From Candidatus Dormiibacterota bacterium (GTDB taxonomy: Bacteria; Chloroflexota; Dormibacteria; Dormibacterales; Dormibacteraceae): a DNA stretch of 55,113 nt. A program made the translations under genes and the position numbers. Below, piece by piece: positions 26,827 to 35,758 of the stretch. Positions within the stretch are counted from its first letter, which is position 1; every line of letters begins with the position of its first letter. Location of the stretch: positions 1 through 55,113 of the forward strand of contig JBDUAO010000001.1 in the NCBI GenBank assembly GCA_040004595.1, read 5' to 3'. Below the pieces are notes generated by a model. That model ran no database searches. It was not told the origin of the DNA and saw only the letters and a program-made list of their open reading frames with translations.

Positions 26827-27232
26827 GCCGGCGATCCAGGTGGGCTTGAAGCATCAAAGTCGCTGCGACACGGTCCACACTCAGACGCCTCTTCTCCCGA
26901 CGCATACCGCCCGCGATGAGCGAGCGCTCCGCTGCGACGGTGGTCAGCCGCTCATCGACCATCTCGACGGGAAGGCCCGATTCAGCCCGAATCGCGGTAG
27001 CCAGCTCCTCCGCCGCCTTGGCCTCCGGACCGCGCGACCCATCAAGTCGCTTCGGCAGGCCAACCACGATCCTGGCGGCCTCGTGCTCTCGAGCGACCCG
27101 GGCGATGCGCGAGGGCAGTGTCGCCGCCGGCTCCGCGGGCAGGGTGGTCAACGCCTGCGCGATGGTGGCCGAGGGGTCGCTCAAGGCGACCCCGACACGC
27201 TTTGAGCCTGGGTCGATAGCGAGAATCCGCAT
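26816..27232 (-). CDS. ruvX: Holliday-junction-resolvase-like nuclease RuvX/YqgF
   Basis: 138 aa with the MRILAIDPGSKRVGVALSD N-terminus and a DERLTT motif. Confidence 0.9.
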   Translation of the reverse strand: MRILAIDPGSKRVGVALSDPSATIAQALTTLPAEPAATLPSRIARVAREHEAARIVVGLPKRLDGSRGPEAKAAEELATAIRAESGLPVEMVDERLTTVAAERSLIAGGMRREKRRLSVDRVAATLMLQAHLDRRRVR

Positions 27233-27246
27233 TTCTCGCAGAGTCG

Positions 27247-28818
27247 TCAGCCTGTCGGTGCCGGGGCCGGCAACGCGCCCTGCTCGACCACGTAATGGAT
27301 CGAGATGCGGCCGCCCAGCAGCGGCATCAGGGGCAGGGTCATCGGCTGTTCCTTGATGCTGACCGACCGCACGTTCAAGCCCTGCAGGTAGAACCTGGCC
27401 TGGGCGATGGGGCGGCCGACGACCTGGGCCCGGATCTTGTCCATGTCGAGCCTGGGAGCGACGAATGCAGCCGCATCGCCGAGGAATACGAGCTGGCCGC
27501 CCTTGGTCGCACTGAGGATTCGGTAATCGACCTGAATCGGCCCGTCGGTGAGCAGCTGCTGGTTGTTGGGTATTCGTTGCGCCAGGTAGCTCTGAAAAGC
27601 CTTGTGCACGTCGGCGTCGTAGTAGAAGTCGCCCTCGCCCTGCAGAGACATGGTGGCATTGAAGGCCGCGACCTTGTCGCTGGGTTGGTGGTCGGTGCTG
27701 AAAAGAGGCGCGCCGTAGATGAGCGTTTCGCTCAGTGTCTCGCCCGCCTTCTTGGAGGCCGCGATCTGCTGCGCGATCGACTGCCGCAGCTCCTGCTCGA
27801 GCTGGGCGCGAGCGGCGTCGAAGTCGGAGACGGTCATGGTCGGGGTGTTCGAGGCGTTTGCGCCTCCCCCCGTTGCCTGTGGATTGGTGACGCTCAAACC
27901 GTCATATGGGTTGTTCTGGATCGTCGTGATCACATTGCCGCCGACGTTGCCGGACGTGCCTCGGACAACCGCCGTAACGTTAGCGGCCGCGCTGCCTCCC
28001 CAGGGCACGAGCACGCCGCCCTGGTATCTATTCGAAGTCTGCGCAAAGGTGATGCCATCGCTTCCGTCGATCAGCCTTTGACCCCTGAGCACGACCAGGC
28101 CTGGCGAGGTGCAGCCGGCGCGCGGACATTGCGGCTGCGAAAGCGAGTTCGTGTAGATCACTGCGCCAGTAGCCGGGGCGAGCAGCACGCGGATTGACCC
28201 GGTCGTCGTGAAGCGCTGCGAGTTGGAGCGCGTGATCACGTTGGGGCGAACCCGAATCGGCGGCTTCCCTGGCTGCGCCTGAATCTCGACCGCCTTCTGC
28301 GAGAAGGGCTGAGCCTGAGCCAGCAGAGTCACATTCGCGGACGGCACGTAGACCACGGCGGCGAACAAGCCGACCACCAGGAGGGCGGCCGCAGCGACAT
28401 AGAGAAGGAAGCGCCCGGGCCTCAGCTCGGTCGCGTTCTTGGTGATGAGCCTGGTCGGCGCGGCGATGCCAATGTGCGTGGAGGGCTCGTCCTGGCCGCG
28501 CTGCCACCAACGGGGCGCAGGCGGCTCCTCCACCGGCACGGAAGGGATGCCCTCGCCGTGGGCGCCGACGGCGCCGAAAACCGCAAAACCGCTCTCGGAA
28601 GCCATCTTCTGAACAGCCGGGTCGTCGCACACGACCGTGACCCTCTTGCCCATGCCGGCGGCGTAGTTGCGTAGAAGCTGGAAGTTGAACCGGCTCTGCC
28701 CGATGCGCGATCGGACGGGGAGCACGAGCATCGTGTCGTCACCACGGTACTGGCGCAGGCGTTCGACCAGCTCAGGAATCTCTTCCTCGGTTTCGACGTA
28801 AATGGGGTTCGTTGCCAT
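27247..28818 (-). CDS. single-pass membrane protein: about 90-aa cytoplasmic N-domain plus about 370-aa extracytoplasmic beta-rich region (baseplate-J/gp47-like pattern)
   Basis: 523-aa ORF with one TM helix (FLLYVAAAALLVVGLFAAVVYV). The segment VTAVVRGTSGNVGGNVITTIQN resembles baseplate-J-like domains. The function is unknown. Confidence 0.55.
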   Translation of the reverse strand: MATNPIYVETEEEIPELVERLRQYRGDDTMLVLPVRSRIGQSRFNFQLLRNYAAGMGKRVTVVCDDPAVQKMASESGFAVFGAVGAHGEGIPSVPVEEPPAPRWWQRGQDEPSTHIGIAAPTRLITKNATELRPGRFLLYVAAAALLVVGLFAAVVYVPSANVTLLAQAQPFSQKAVEIQAQPGKPPIRVRPNVITRSNSQRFTTTGSIRVLLAPATGAVIYTNSLSQPQCPRAGCTSPGLVVLRGQRLIDGSDGITFAQTSNRYQGGVLVPWGGSAAANVTAVVRGTSGNVGGNVITTIQNNPYDGLSVTNPQATGGGANASNTPTMTVSDFDAARAQLEQELRQSIAQQIAASKKAGETLSETLIYGAPLFSTDHQPSDKVAAFNATMSLQGEGDFYYDADVHKAFQSYLAQRIPNNQQLLTDGPIQVDYRILSATKGGQLVFLGDAAAFVAPRLDMDKIRAQVVGRPIAQARFYLQGLNVRSVSIKEQPMTLPLMPLLGGRISIHYVVEQGALPAPAPTG

Positions 28819-28848
28819 GGCGTTAATCAGTCTCCTGGAGAGGTCCGC

Positions 28849-30108
28849 TCAAACCTTTATAGCGCTTAGGACCCGGCGCATGACTGCGTTGACGTTGTCA
28901 CGCTCCTCCGCCTCGGTCCTCAACGCATGGTTTGCGAGACCCATCGGGGCGATGTCTTGTGGGCTTGAAAGCTGGCCCGTCGAGTCCGTGACGTTGCGCA
29001 CGTCGGGCGGCACCAGGTGCCGGATCCGCGGCTCTTTCGGGAACGGCAGACCGGCGGCCCAGGCGTTCTTCACCATCTCGAGTGTCAGCTCGGGAAGCAG
29101 GCTTCCTCCACCGCACAGGTAGATGCTGGTGGGGAGCCGCTCGCCTCGGGAAAGCTCTTTCAAGCTGAGCGCCAGGCCCTGGAGCAGGACCTCCGCGTCG
29201 GCGCTCAACAGCTCAGACACCTGGCGATGCTGCTCGGCCGACAGAAGTCCTTCGGAATGACGGAGCTTGCGCGCTTCGGCTTCTTCATAGCTCAGCCCGA
29301 AAGCCAGGGCGAGGCGGCGGGTGAAAGCTCTCCCGCCGAGGTTGAACATGCGCGTGCCTTCGACGCCTCCATCGCGAATCAGCGCGACATCGGTCGTCCC
29401 GCCGCCGATGTCGATGAAGATTCCTCCCTCGGCCCACGTCTCCTCGCTCGCACAAGCTCTTGCGAGCGCGTACGGCTGGGCGACGGCCCCGGCCAGCTCG
29501 AGGTCGAGCTCGCGTACGACGGTGTCGATCGCGTTTATATGGGTCATCGGCGCAAAAGTGTTGAAGACCGTGACCTCCAGGTTCTTGCCGGTGAACCCAA
29601 CCGGGTTGGTGACGGGGTATCCGTCGACGCGTACATTCGTGATCGACGAGTGCACCAGGCGGGCTTCGAGCTGGCCGTAGCTGCGCTCGAGCTCGAGCAG
29701 GTGCTGGGCCTCGCGCAGCGCGCGGCGCTGCACCATCTGCAGCATGGTCGACATCTCGGCAGACCTGACACGGGATTTGGAGTTCTCGCGCGGATACGCG
29801 ATGGTCGATGAAAAGCCCTTGATCAGCTCGCCGGCGATGCCGACGATGACCTGTCCCGGAACTGTCTTAGCCATATCCTCGGCGGCTTCGAGCGCGCGGT
29901 TGGATGACTGGATCACCGACTCCAGGTCGGCGATGGCGCCGCCAGACATGGCCGCCGGCGCCTGCGGCTCGCGCCCGACGCCGAGGACCTCGCCATCTGC
30001 TCCGTCACGGCGGACGACCAGGACCTTGATCAGGTCGGTGCCGATGTCGAGAACCGTGAAGTGCCGGTAGTACTCGCTGCGCTTGCGCAGGAACTTGAAC
30101 TTGGTCAC
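28849..30108 (-). CDS. actin-like ATPase of the FtsA/PilM type
   Basis: 419 aa with phosphate-1 LDIGTDLIK, DIGGGTTDVA and CGGGSLLPEL motifs. A GTGA overlap links it to the alaS stop. Confidence 0.7.
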   Translation of the reverse strand: MTKFKFLRKRSEYYRHFTVLDIGTDLIKVLVVRRDGADGEVLGVGREPQAPAAMSGGAIADLESVIQSSNRALEAAEDMAKTVPGQVIVGIAGELIKGFSSTIAYPRENSKSRVRSAEMSTMLQMVQRRALREAQHLLELERSYGQLEARLVHSSITNVRVDGYPVTNPVGFTGKNLEVTVFNTFAPMTHINAIDTVVRELDLELAGAVAQPYALARACASEETWAEGGIFIDIGGGTTDVALIRDGGVEGTRMFNLGGRAFTRRLALAFGLSYEEAEARKLRHSEGLLSAEQHRQVSELLSADAEVLLQGLALSLKELSRGERLPTSIYLCGGGSLLPELTLEMVKNAWAAGLPFPKEPRIRHLVPPDVRNVTDSTGQLSSPQDIAPMGLANHALRTEAEERDNVNAVMRRVLSAIKV

Positions 30109-32675
30109 CGCAGAGCTTCTTCGAGGCGTCTAAAAGCCTCGTCCGGCGGTACGGTCAGCTTCCCGCTCACCAGCTGCGGGCGGCCACCGCCAGTCCCAAA
30201 CAGGGACTTGAGCGCATTGGCATCGTATTGGGAGGCAAGGTCATTGGACACCTTGATCACAAACATGCCGCCGCCGACAACAGTTACGATGCCGGACTTC
30301 ACGATCTCGAGATAGCGGTCCGCATAGGCTTTCAACTCGTCAAGGTTAGAGGCGTCGACGGTTTGGGTCACATAGTCGACTCGGCCGTGCTTCACTGCGG
30401 CGCTGGCGCCGGTGCCGTCTCCCACGCCGACGCGAGCGGTCCGAACCTCTTCCCGCAGCCTGTCGCGTTCCTTCTCGATTTCCTTTAGCTGGGCACGCAT
30501 GGCCTTGATTCGCTCCGGCAGCTGCTCGGGGGTGGCGTTGAACAATCGCGCGACCTCTGTGAGGAGATCCCGGTCTCGCCTGACCAGTTCGTCCGCCGCC
30601 TCGCCCACCACCATGTCGATGCGCCGCAGGCCTGATCCGATGCTGGTTTCGGAGACGATTACCGCCGTCCCGATATCGGCGCTGTTCTTGACGTGAGTGC
30701 CGCCGCAGAGCTCGCAGGTCCAGTCGCCGAAGCAAACGACACGGACGACATCGCCGTACTTCTCTTCGAACAAATGCATCGCGCCGTGCGCGACAGCCTC
30801 TTTATATGGAAGCTGCTGTTCCTTGAACGGCAATGCTTCGCGCACCTTTTCCATGACTAGCCTGTTGATGCGAGCGAGCTCGTCCTTGGTGATCGCCCGG
30901 TTGAGCGGTATGTCAAACGTCGCGTGATCAGGCCCGACCCACGAACCCTTCTGCACAACCTGCTCCCCAATCGTCTCGCGCAGAGCCTTGTGTAGCAGGT
31001 GCGTGGCGGAATGATGACGTGCGATCTGATGTCTAAGGCCCGCGTCCACAGCTGCGGTCGCCCTGTCGCCAACTTTGATCTCGCCGGAGATAACCATGCC
31101 GGTGTGCGCGATGACTCCATCCGCCGGCTTCTGCGTGTCGTCGACCCGCACCTGTCCCGACGGAGTCGTGATCGTCCCGATGTCGCCAACCTGTCCGCCG
31201 GACTCCGCATAGAAAGGAGTGCGATCCAGGAAGACTTCGACATCATCTCCTTCGGTCGCGACCTCGGCCGCGATGCCGTCCTTGCGCAGGCCGCTGATCG
31301 CACTGCCGGTGACGAGCTCGACGTAGCCGGTGAACTCCGACTTCGGTAGATCGTTGGCCGCAACCACGCGCTGCGTGCCCTTGCCGCGAGAACGTTCGCG
31401 CTGCTCGGCCATCGCGACGCGGAACCCTTCCTCGTCGACCTGAATGCCGCGTTCCCGCGCGAGCTCGCGGGTCAGGTCGAAAGGAAAGCCGAATGTGTCG
31501 TGCAGCTTGAAAGCGTCGCTGCCCGGAATCGTCTTGCCGTGTTTGGCGGCAACGCGTTCGAACAGCTCCATGCCCTGTTCGAGCGTGCGCTGAAATCTCT
31601 CCTCTTCGGAGTTGACGCCATCACGGATCGTGACCGCCCGCTCGCGCAGCTCGGGGTATGACTCCTCCATCACCCTGACCACCTCATCGACCAGGCCGCC
31701 AAGTTGCGAACGAAGGTTCAACCGGCGGGCGTGAACCGTGGCACGGCGGATGAGGCGGCGAAGCACGTAGCCGCGACCCTCGTTGCTTGGCGCGATGCGC
31801 TCCAACATGACAAAGCAGGCAGCGCGAATGTGGTCGGCGACGACACGCTCCGACACCGTCGACTGCGTATCCGACAGTCCACGGATTCTCTCGATGATCG
31901 GCCCGAGGAGATCTGTCTCGAAGACGTTGGCCTTGCCCTGCAGGATGTAAGAGATGCGCTCGAGCCCCATGCCTGTGTCGATTGCAGGGAAGGCAAGTGG
32001 CACAAGGCTGCCGTCCGCGACCCCTCTCAGAATCGCCTCGCCCGAGGTGCCGACGATTGCACCGCGCTGGTCGTACTGGGGGAACACCAGGTTCCAGAAC
32101 TCGGTGAACCGATCGCAATGGTCCGGAATGCAGTCCTCGCGGCCGCAGCCAACGTCCCGACCCCTATCCCACCAGATCTCGGAGTCGGGGCCGCATGGGC
32201 CGCGCCCGAGGCCCCACCAGTTGTCCTCCAGCCGCGTGATCCGGGCGCCCGGGACCCCAGTTTGGATCCAGATCTCATGAGCTTCGTCGTCGGTCGGGTG
32301 AATCGTGACGCGAAGCCGGTCGGCGGGCATGGCGAAGCCGCCGGTGACCAGCTCCCACGCCAGCGGGATCGCGGTCTCCTTGAAGTAGTCGCCGGTCGGC
32401 GCGAAGTTGCCAAGCATCTCGAAGAATGTGTTGTGGCGATCGGTCTTTCCGACCTCGTCGATGTCGCCGGTGCGCAGGCATCTCTGGCAGCTCGCGAGCC
32501 TGGGCGCGGGCGGCTGGCTAAAGCCCTGGTAATAGGGCTGAAGCGGTTGCATCCCGGCGGAGATGAAGAGCGTGCTCGGGTCCCCTTTGGGCACCAGCGG
32601 TGCACTTGGTAGGACCAGATGCTCCCGGCTCGCGAAATGCTCTAGAAAACGTTTGCGGATCTCGTTCCCGGTCAT
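30105..32675 (-). CDS. alaS: alanyl-tRNA synthetase
   Basis: It has a class II AlaRS core, the editing-domain HxxxH (HSATHLL) and CGGTH motifs, and a C-terminal DHHA1-like tail. ATG 32675 (MTGNEIRKRFLEHF) is preferred over the tracked 32720, which overlaps pdxH. Confidence 0.95.
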   Translation of the reverse strand: MTGNEIRKRFLEHFASREHLVLPSAPLVPKGDPSTLFISAGMQPLQPYYQGFSQPPAPRLASCQRCLRTGDIDEVGKTDRHNTFFEMLGNFAPTGDYFKETAIPLAWELVTGGFAMPADRLRVTIHPTDDEAHEIWIQTGVPGARITRLEDNWWGLGRGPCGPDSEIWWDRGRDVGCGREDCIPDHCDRFTEFWNLVFPQYDQRGAIVGTSGEAILRGVADGSLVPLAFPAIDTGMGLERISYILQGKANVFETDLLGPIIERIRGLSDTQSTVSERVVADHIRAACFVMLERIAPSNEGRGYVLRRLIRRATVHARRLNLRSQLGGLVDEVVRVMEESYPELRERAVTIRDGVNSEEERFQRTLEQGMELFERVAAKHGKTIPGSDAFKLHDTFGFPFDLTRELARERGIQVDEEGFRVAMAEQRERSRGKGTQRVVAANDLPKSEFTGYVELVTGSAISGLRKDGIAAEVATEGDDVEVFLDRTPFYAESGGQVGDIGTITTPSGQVRVDDTQKPADGVIAHTGMVISGEIKVGDRATAAVDAGLRHQIARHHSATHLLHKALRETIGEQVVQKGSWVGPDHATFDIPLNRAITKDELARINRLVMEKVREALPFKEQQLPYKEAVAHGAMHLFEEKYGDVVRVVCFGDWTCELCGGTHVKNSADIGTAVIVSETSIGSGLRRIDMVVGEAADELVRRDRDLLTEVARLFNATPEQLPERIKAMRAQLKEIEKERDRLREEVRTARVGVGDGTGASAAVKHGRVDYVTQTVDASNLDELKAYADRYLEIVKSGIVTVVGGGMFVIKVSNDLASQYDANALKSLFGTGGGRPQLVSGKLTVPPDEAFRRLEEALR

Positions 32676-32692
32676 GTCGGGGCCGATCAAGC

Positions 32693-33292
32693 TTACGGTG
32701 CGAGCCGCTCTGCCCGCCAAGTGCCACCGGGCATGCGGACATAACGGAACCTATCGTGGAGGCGGTCGGCGCGGTTCTCCCAGAATTCGATCCATGCCGG
32801 CCGCAGCGCATACCCGCCCCAATCGGATGGAAGGGGCACCGCATCCGGGTGTCGCCTGTCCAGGTCGGCAACGGCCTGCTCGAGGACGGCTCGTGAAACC
32901 ACGACACGGCTTTGGCGAGAAGCCAACGCCGACAGCTGCGCACCGCGCGGCCGGCTGTGAAAGTAGCCGAGCGACGCCGCGCGGCTGACGCGCCGGACGG
33001 CGCCCGAGACCCTGACCTGGTGTCGCGTGACAGACCAGTAGAAGACGAGAGCGGCTTTTCGATTCAACGCGAGGTCTCGGCCCTTTCGGCTTTCGTAGTT
33101 GGAGTAGAAGAGAAAGTCCACGCCCTCGATGCCTTTGAACAACACCATGCGCGCAGACGGAGTGCGGTCACGACCTGCTGTCGCCAGCGTCATCGCCTCA
33201 GGTTGAGGAGCACCTGCTCGCTCCGCCTGCCGGTACCAGCGGCGAAACAGCGCGATCGGCTCTGCTGGCATGCGCGACTCGATCAGCGACAT
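32693..33292 (-). CDS. pdxH: pyridoxamine 5'-phosphate oxidase
   Basis: 199 aa with the ARMVLFKG, FYSNYESRKG and IEFWENRADRLHDR motifs. Confidence 0.9.
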   Translation of the reverse strand: MSLIESRMPAEPIALFRRWYRQAERAGAPQPEAMTLATAGRDRTPSARMVLFKGIEGVDFLFYSNYESRKGRDLALNRKAALVFYWSVTRHQVRVSGAVRRVSRAASLGYFHSRPRGAQLSALASRQSRVVVSRAVLEQAVADLDRRHPDAVPLPSDWGGYALRPAWIEFWENRADRLHDRFRYVRMPGGTWRAERLAP

Positions 33293-33299
33293 GCCACGC

Positions 33300-34079
33300 T
33301 CAGGTCGCTTCTTGCGGCACGTACTTTCTCAACTGCTCGAGCGCGGCCCGCTGCAAGCGTGAGACGTGCATCTGGCTGATCCCCAGCCGCCGTGCGATCT
33401 CCGATTGCGACATCTGCTCATAGAACCGCATCGCCATGATCGCTCGCTCGCGAGGCGTCAGATGCACCATCGCGCGGTCAAGCAGATCGCGCATTTCAAC
33501 CCGGTCGAGCTCGGGATCCGGGTTTCCGATCTGCTCGGCGATGGCGCGGCCCTCCTGGCCGTCTGATGATCCGATGGGCTGATCGAGCGAGAGCGGCATG
33601 TATGCCGGACCTATCTCAATTGCCTCCGTCACGTCTTCGGGTGTGACGCCGAGACGCTCGGCGAGCTCCGACACTGTGGGCTCGCGACCGAGCTGATTCT
33701 TCATCTCTTCGTTGACGCGAACCACTGATTGGTGCAGCTCCTGGAGCCGGCGCGGGAAGCGGATCGCCGTTCCCTTATCGCGAAAGTGGCGCTTGATCTC
33801 GCCGGCCACGGTCAGAGTCGCGAACGTCGTGAACTCGAAGCCGAGTTCGGGGTCGAATCGTTCGATCGCCTTGATCAGCCCTAGGTAACCTACCTGGACG
33901 ATGTCGTCAAGAGGCTCGCCCCGATTCTGAAACTTGCGCGCGAGAAAGTAGACGAAGTCGTGATACGCATCGACCAGCTGGGCTCGGATGCGGTCACGCT
34001 CGGCCGGGTCCGTCGTCTCCTTATAGCGACGATGGAGTGCCCGCAGCTCCTCGCGAGACGGCCGAACCTTAGAACCCAC
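33300..34079 (-). CDS. RNA polymerase sigma factor, SigB/SigF/SigG-like group 3
   Basis: 259 aa with region 2 (DDIVQVGYLGLIKAIERFD), region 3 and a region 4 HTH (SQSEIARRLGISQMHVSRL). Confidence 0.85.
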   Translation of the reverse strand: MGSKVRPSREELRALHRRYKETTDPAERDRIRAQLVDAYHDFVYFLARKFQNRGEPLDDIVQVGYLGLIKAIERFDPELGFEFTTFATLTVAGEIKRHFRDKGTAIRFPRRLQELHQSVVRVNEEMKNQLGREPTVSELAERLGVTPEDVTEAIEIGPAYMPLSLDQPIGSSDGQEGRAIAEQIGNPDPELDRVEMRDLLDRAMVHLTPRERAIMAMRFYEQMSQSEIARRLGISQMHVSRLQRAALEQLRKYVPQEAT

Positions 34080-34171
34080 TCTTAATTACTCAAACACGTG
34101 GCCCAAAGGCCGAATTCACTTCGGCCGTCACCAAGCGTCGCAACTTCAAAACGCCTCCCAACGTTGCCTGA

Positions 34172-34267
34172 AACCGGAGGGGGTCCCGCGGGGGAGGCCT
34201 GCTTCCCCCGCGCCCTTGGAACCGGTGGGGGCTCCGCGGGGGAGGCCTGCTTCCCCCGCGCCGTTAG
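34172..34267. repeat. tandem 48-bp direct repeat (2 units), each carrying a 9-bp GC hairpin
   Basis: Units 34172-34219 and 34220-34267 match at about 43/48. The hairpins CGCGGGGGA-GGCCTGCT-TCCCCCGCG lie at 34187-34212 and 34235-34260, starting 3 nt beyond the upstream gene's stop. Confidence 0.85.
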
Positions 34268-34716
34268 GCGATGTACTTGACCATCCGGAAACGGACGTGG
34301 CCCGTCCGGGGCTCGACGAGCGGGCGGAAGTCGTCCACGAAGCAGCGGATCATCTCGTATGCCAGCCGCTGCAGCTCGGCGTCCGCCTCGGGGTGCGGCC
34401 GCGGGGCCGCCAACACCTGGCCGGCCGCGGGCACGAGGTCCACGTCCACGACGAGGGCTCGATTGGTTGCGAAGTAGGTCAGCTTTAGGTCGGCGTGGCC
34501 GTCGAGGTCGTTCGCTGCCTCGATGGCGCTGTCGCAGGCCTGAGTCAACGCAATCGTCAGCTCGTCGAGGTCGACAAGGCTGAGCCCTAGCTGACTCCCC
34601 AGCGTCGTGGCCACCCGCTTGGCGACGGGTATGAAGTCCGACGACGCAGGGATCTTCAGCTCGGCGAGGTCGCGCTTGGCCAACCTAGACTCCTGAGCCC
34701 TTCTTGGAATCTTCAC
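34264..34716 (-). CDS. RsbW/SpoIIAB-like anti-sigma factor homologue with degenerate ATP-binding motifs (tentative)
   Basis: 150 aa, immediately upstream of the sigma gene. The LKIPASSDFIPVAKRVA...ELTIALTQACDSAIEAA layout resembles anti-sigma kinases, but the N-box Asn and the DxGxG box are missing. Confidence 0.4.
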   Translation of the reverse strand: MKIPRRAQESRLAKRDLAELKIPASSDFIPVAKRVATTLGSQLGLSLVDLDELTIALTQACDSAIEAANDLDGHADLKLTYFATNRALVVDVDLVPAAGQVLAAPRPHPEADAELQRLAYEMIRCFVDDFRPLVEPRTGHVRFRMVKYIA

Positions 34717-35044
34717 CGTTGATGGTCGGATCGATCTTACGGGCGGCCGCGGCCTCCAGCTCTTCGCGGCGTCGCTTCGCTGCAGCCACTCCGTCCTGGA
34801 TCGCTTTGCCGACCGGGTTTCCGGGGTCAGTCACCGCAACACGCGCGCGCTGTGCGGCCTGCTTGGCCCGCTGGGCCGGCTCGCTGGTGCTCAGCTCGAT
34901 GGTCTTGCTCCGCAGGTTGTCAACCTGACCGCGCCCGGGACCTGACGCGATGTAGGCGCCGGCCGCCAAGCCGACGATTCCGCCGAGGATGAACCAGCCG
35001 AAACCGCCTCCGCCTCCACTACCGCCGCTCTTCTCATCCGACAT
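34685..35044 (-). CDS. YtxH-like glycine-zipper stress protein
   Basis: 119 aa. A Gly-rich N-terminus and one TM helix (GWFILGGIVGLAAGAYIA) are followed by a charged helical tail. Confidence 0.6.
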   Translation of the reverse strand: MSDEKSGGSGGGGGFGWFILGGIVGLAAGAYIASGPGRGQVDNLRSKTIELSTSEPAQRAKQAAQRARVAVTDPGNPVGKAIQDGVAAAKRRREELEAAAARKIDPTINGEDSKKGSGV

Positions 35045-35047
35045 TGC

Positions 35048-35365
35048 CTAACCTCCTAATACAGTGCGAACAAGGCTCTGACCGGCCACCTTCACGCCAT
35101 GCGCCGCAGCTTTCACGCCATGCCCAACCGAGGATGCTCCACTTCCCGCCGCGCGCAACCCGACGTTGACGCCGGCCGTGATGTCGTTGACATTTCCGAT
35201 GGTCTGTCGCACCTCGGGCAGGGTCTCCTTCAATTCTTCGTTGGTTGTGTCGAGCAGCTCTTCAACGGCCCCCAGGGTCCCGCGAAGCCGAAACAGCACG
35301 GCTGCCAAGGCCAGCGCCACCACGAGGGCGGCGACCCCGAACGCGAGCCACATGAAGTTCTGCAA
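35048..35365 (-). CDS. DUF948-like membrane-anchored protein
   Basis: 105 aa with an N-terminal TM helix followed by an LxxTLxxVxxLLDTTNEELKxTLPEV pattern. Confidence 0.6.
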   Translation of the reverse strand: MQNFMWLAFGVAALVVALALAAVLFRLRGTLGAVEELLDTTNEELKETLPEVRQTIGNVNDITAGVNVGLRAAGSGASSVGHGVKAAAHGVKVAGQSLVRTVLGG

Positions 35366-35431
35366 CTGGTCAATACCCCCTTACCGGAGCCAACAAACAG
35401 GCTTCATGTTAAGTGCCCCGGGGCGTGATAC

Positions 35432-35758
35432 CTACGCATGGGGCTCCGGCTGGTTCGAGTTACTCGAGTCGTTGGGTTCTTCCGGCTCCCGCTTCCGTCG
35501 GCGCACGAACCGCGCCAGCGGCTGGAGCAGAAGGGCAAAAGGGAGGGCGGGCAGCATGTTCGCCTGGCCGAGGCGAAGCGAAGGCAAACCGAGGAAATCC
35601 CACAGCTGGCCCAGAGCAAAGCCGGCAGCGGTCATCACCAGGATCGGAACGTACGCCCGCCGCCGATAAGGGAGCAGCGCATAGAACAGCTGGGAAAAGA
35701 TGAGCACCGCCAGCGCGGCCACGATCAGGCCGGGCGGGATGAGCTTTACGAGTTCCAT
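35432..35758 (-). CDS. small membrane protein (3 predicted TM helices), unknown function
   Basis: 108-aa ORF with a hydrophobic profile and a charged C-terminal tail. I recognise no motif. Confidence 0.45.
   Translation of the reverse strand: MELVKLIPPGLIVAALAVLIFSQLFYALLPYRRRAYVPILVMTAAGFALGQLWDFLGLPSLRLGQANMLPALPFALLLQPLARFVRRRKREPEEPNDSSNSNQPEPHA

Noticed and set aside
27247-28818. Baseplate-J-like protein as evidence of a prophage or tailocin
   Set aside because: No other phage, tail, integrase or lysis genes are nearby. The gene has a TM anchor and sits inside a translationally compact housekeeping operon.
34172-34267. CRISPR array
   Set aside because: There are only two directly abutting 48-bp units with no spacers and no cas genes in the window. 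It is a tandem hairpin repeat.
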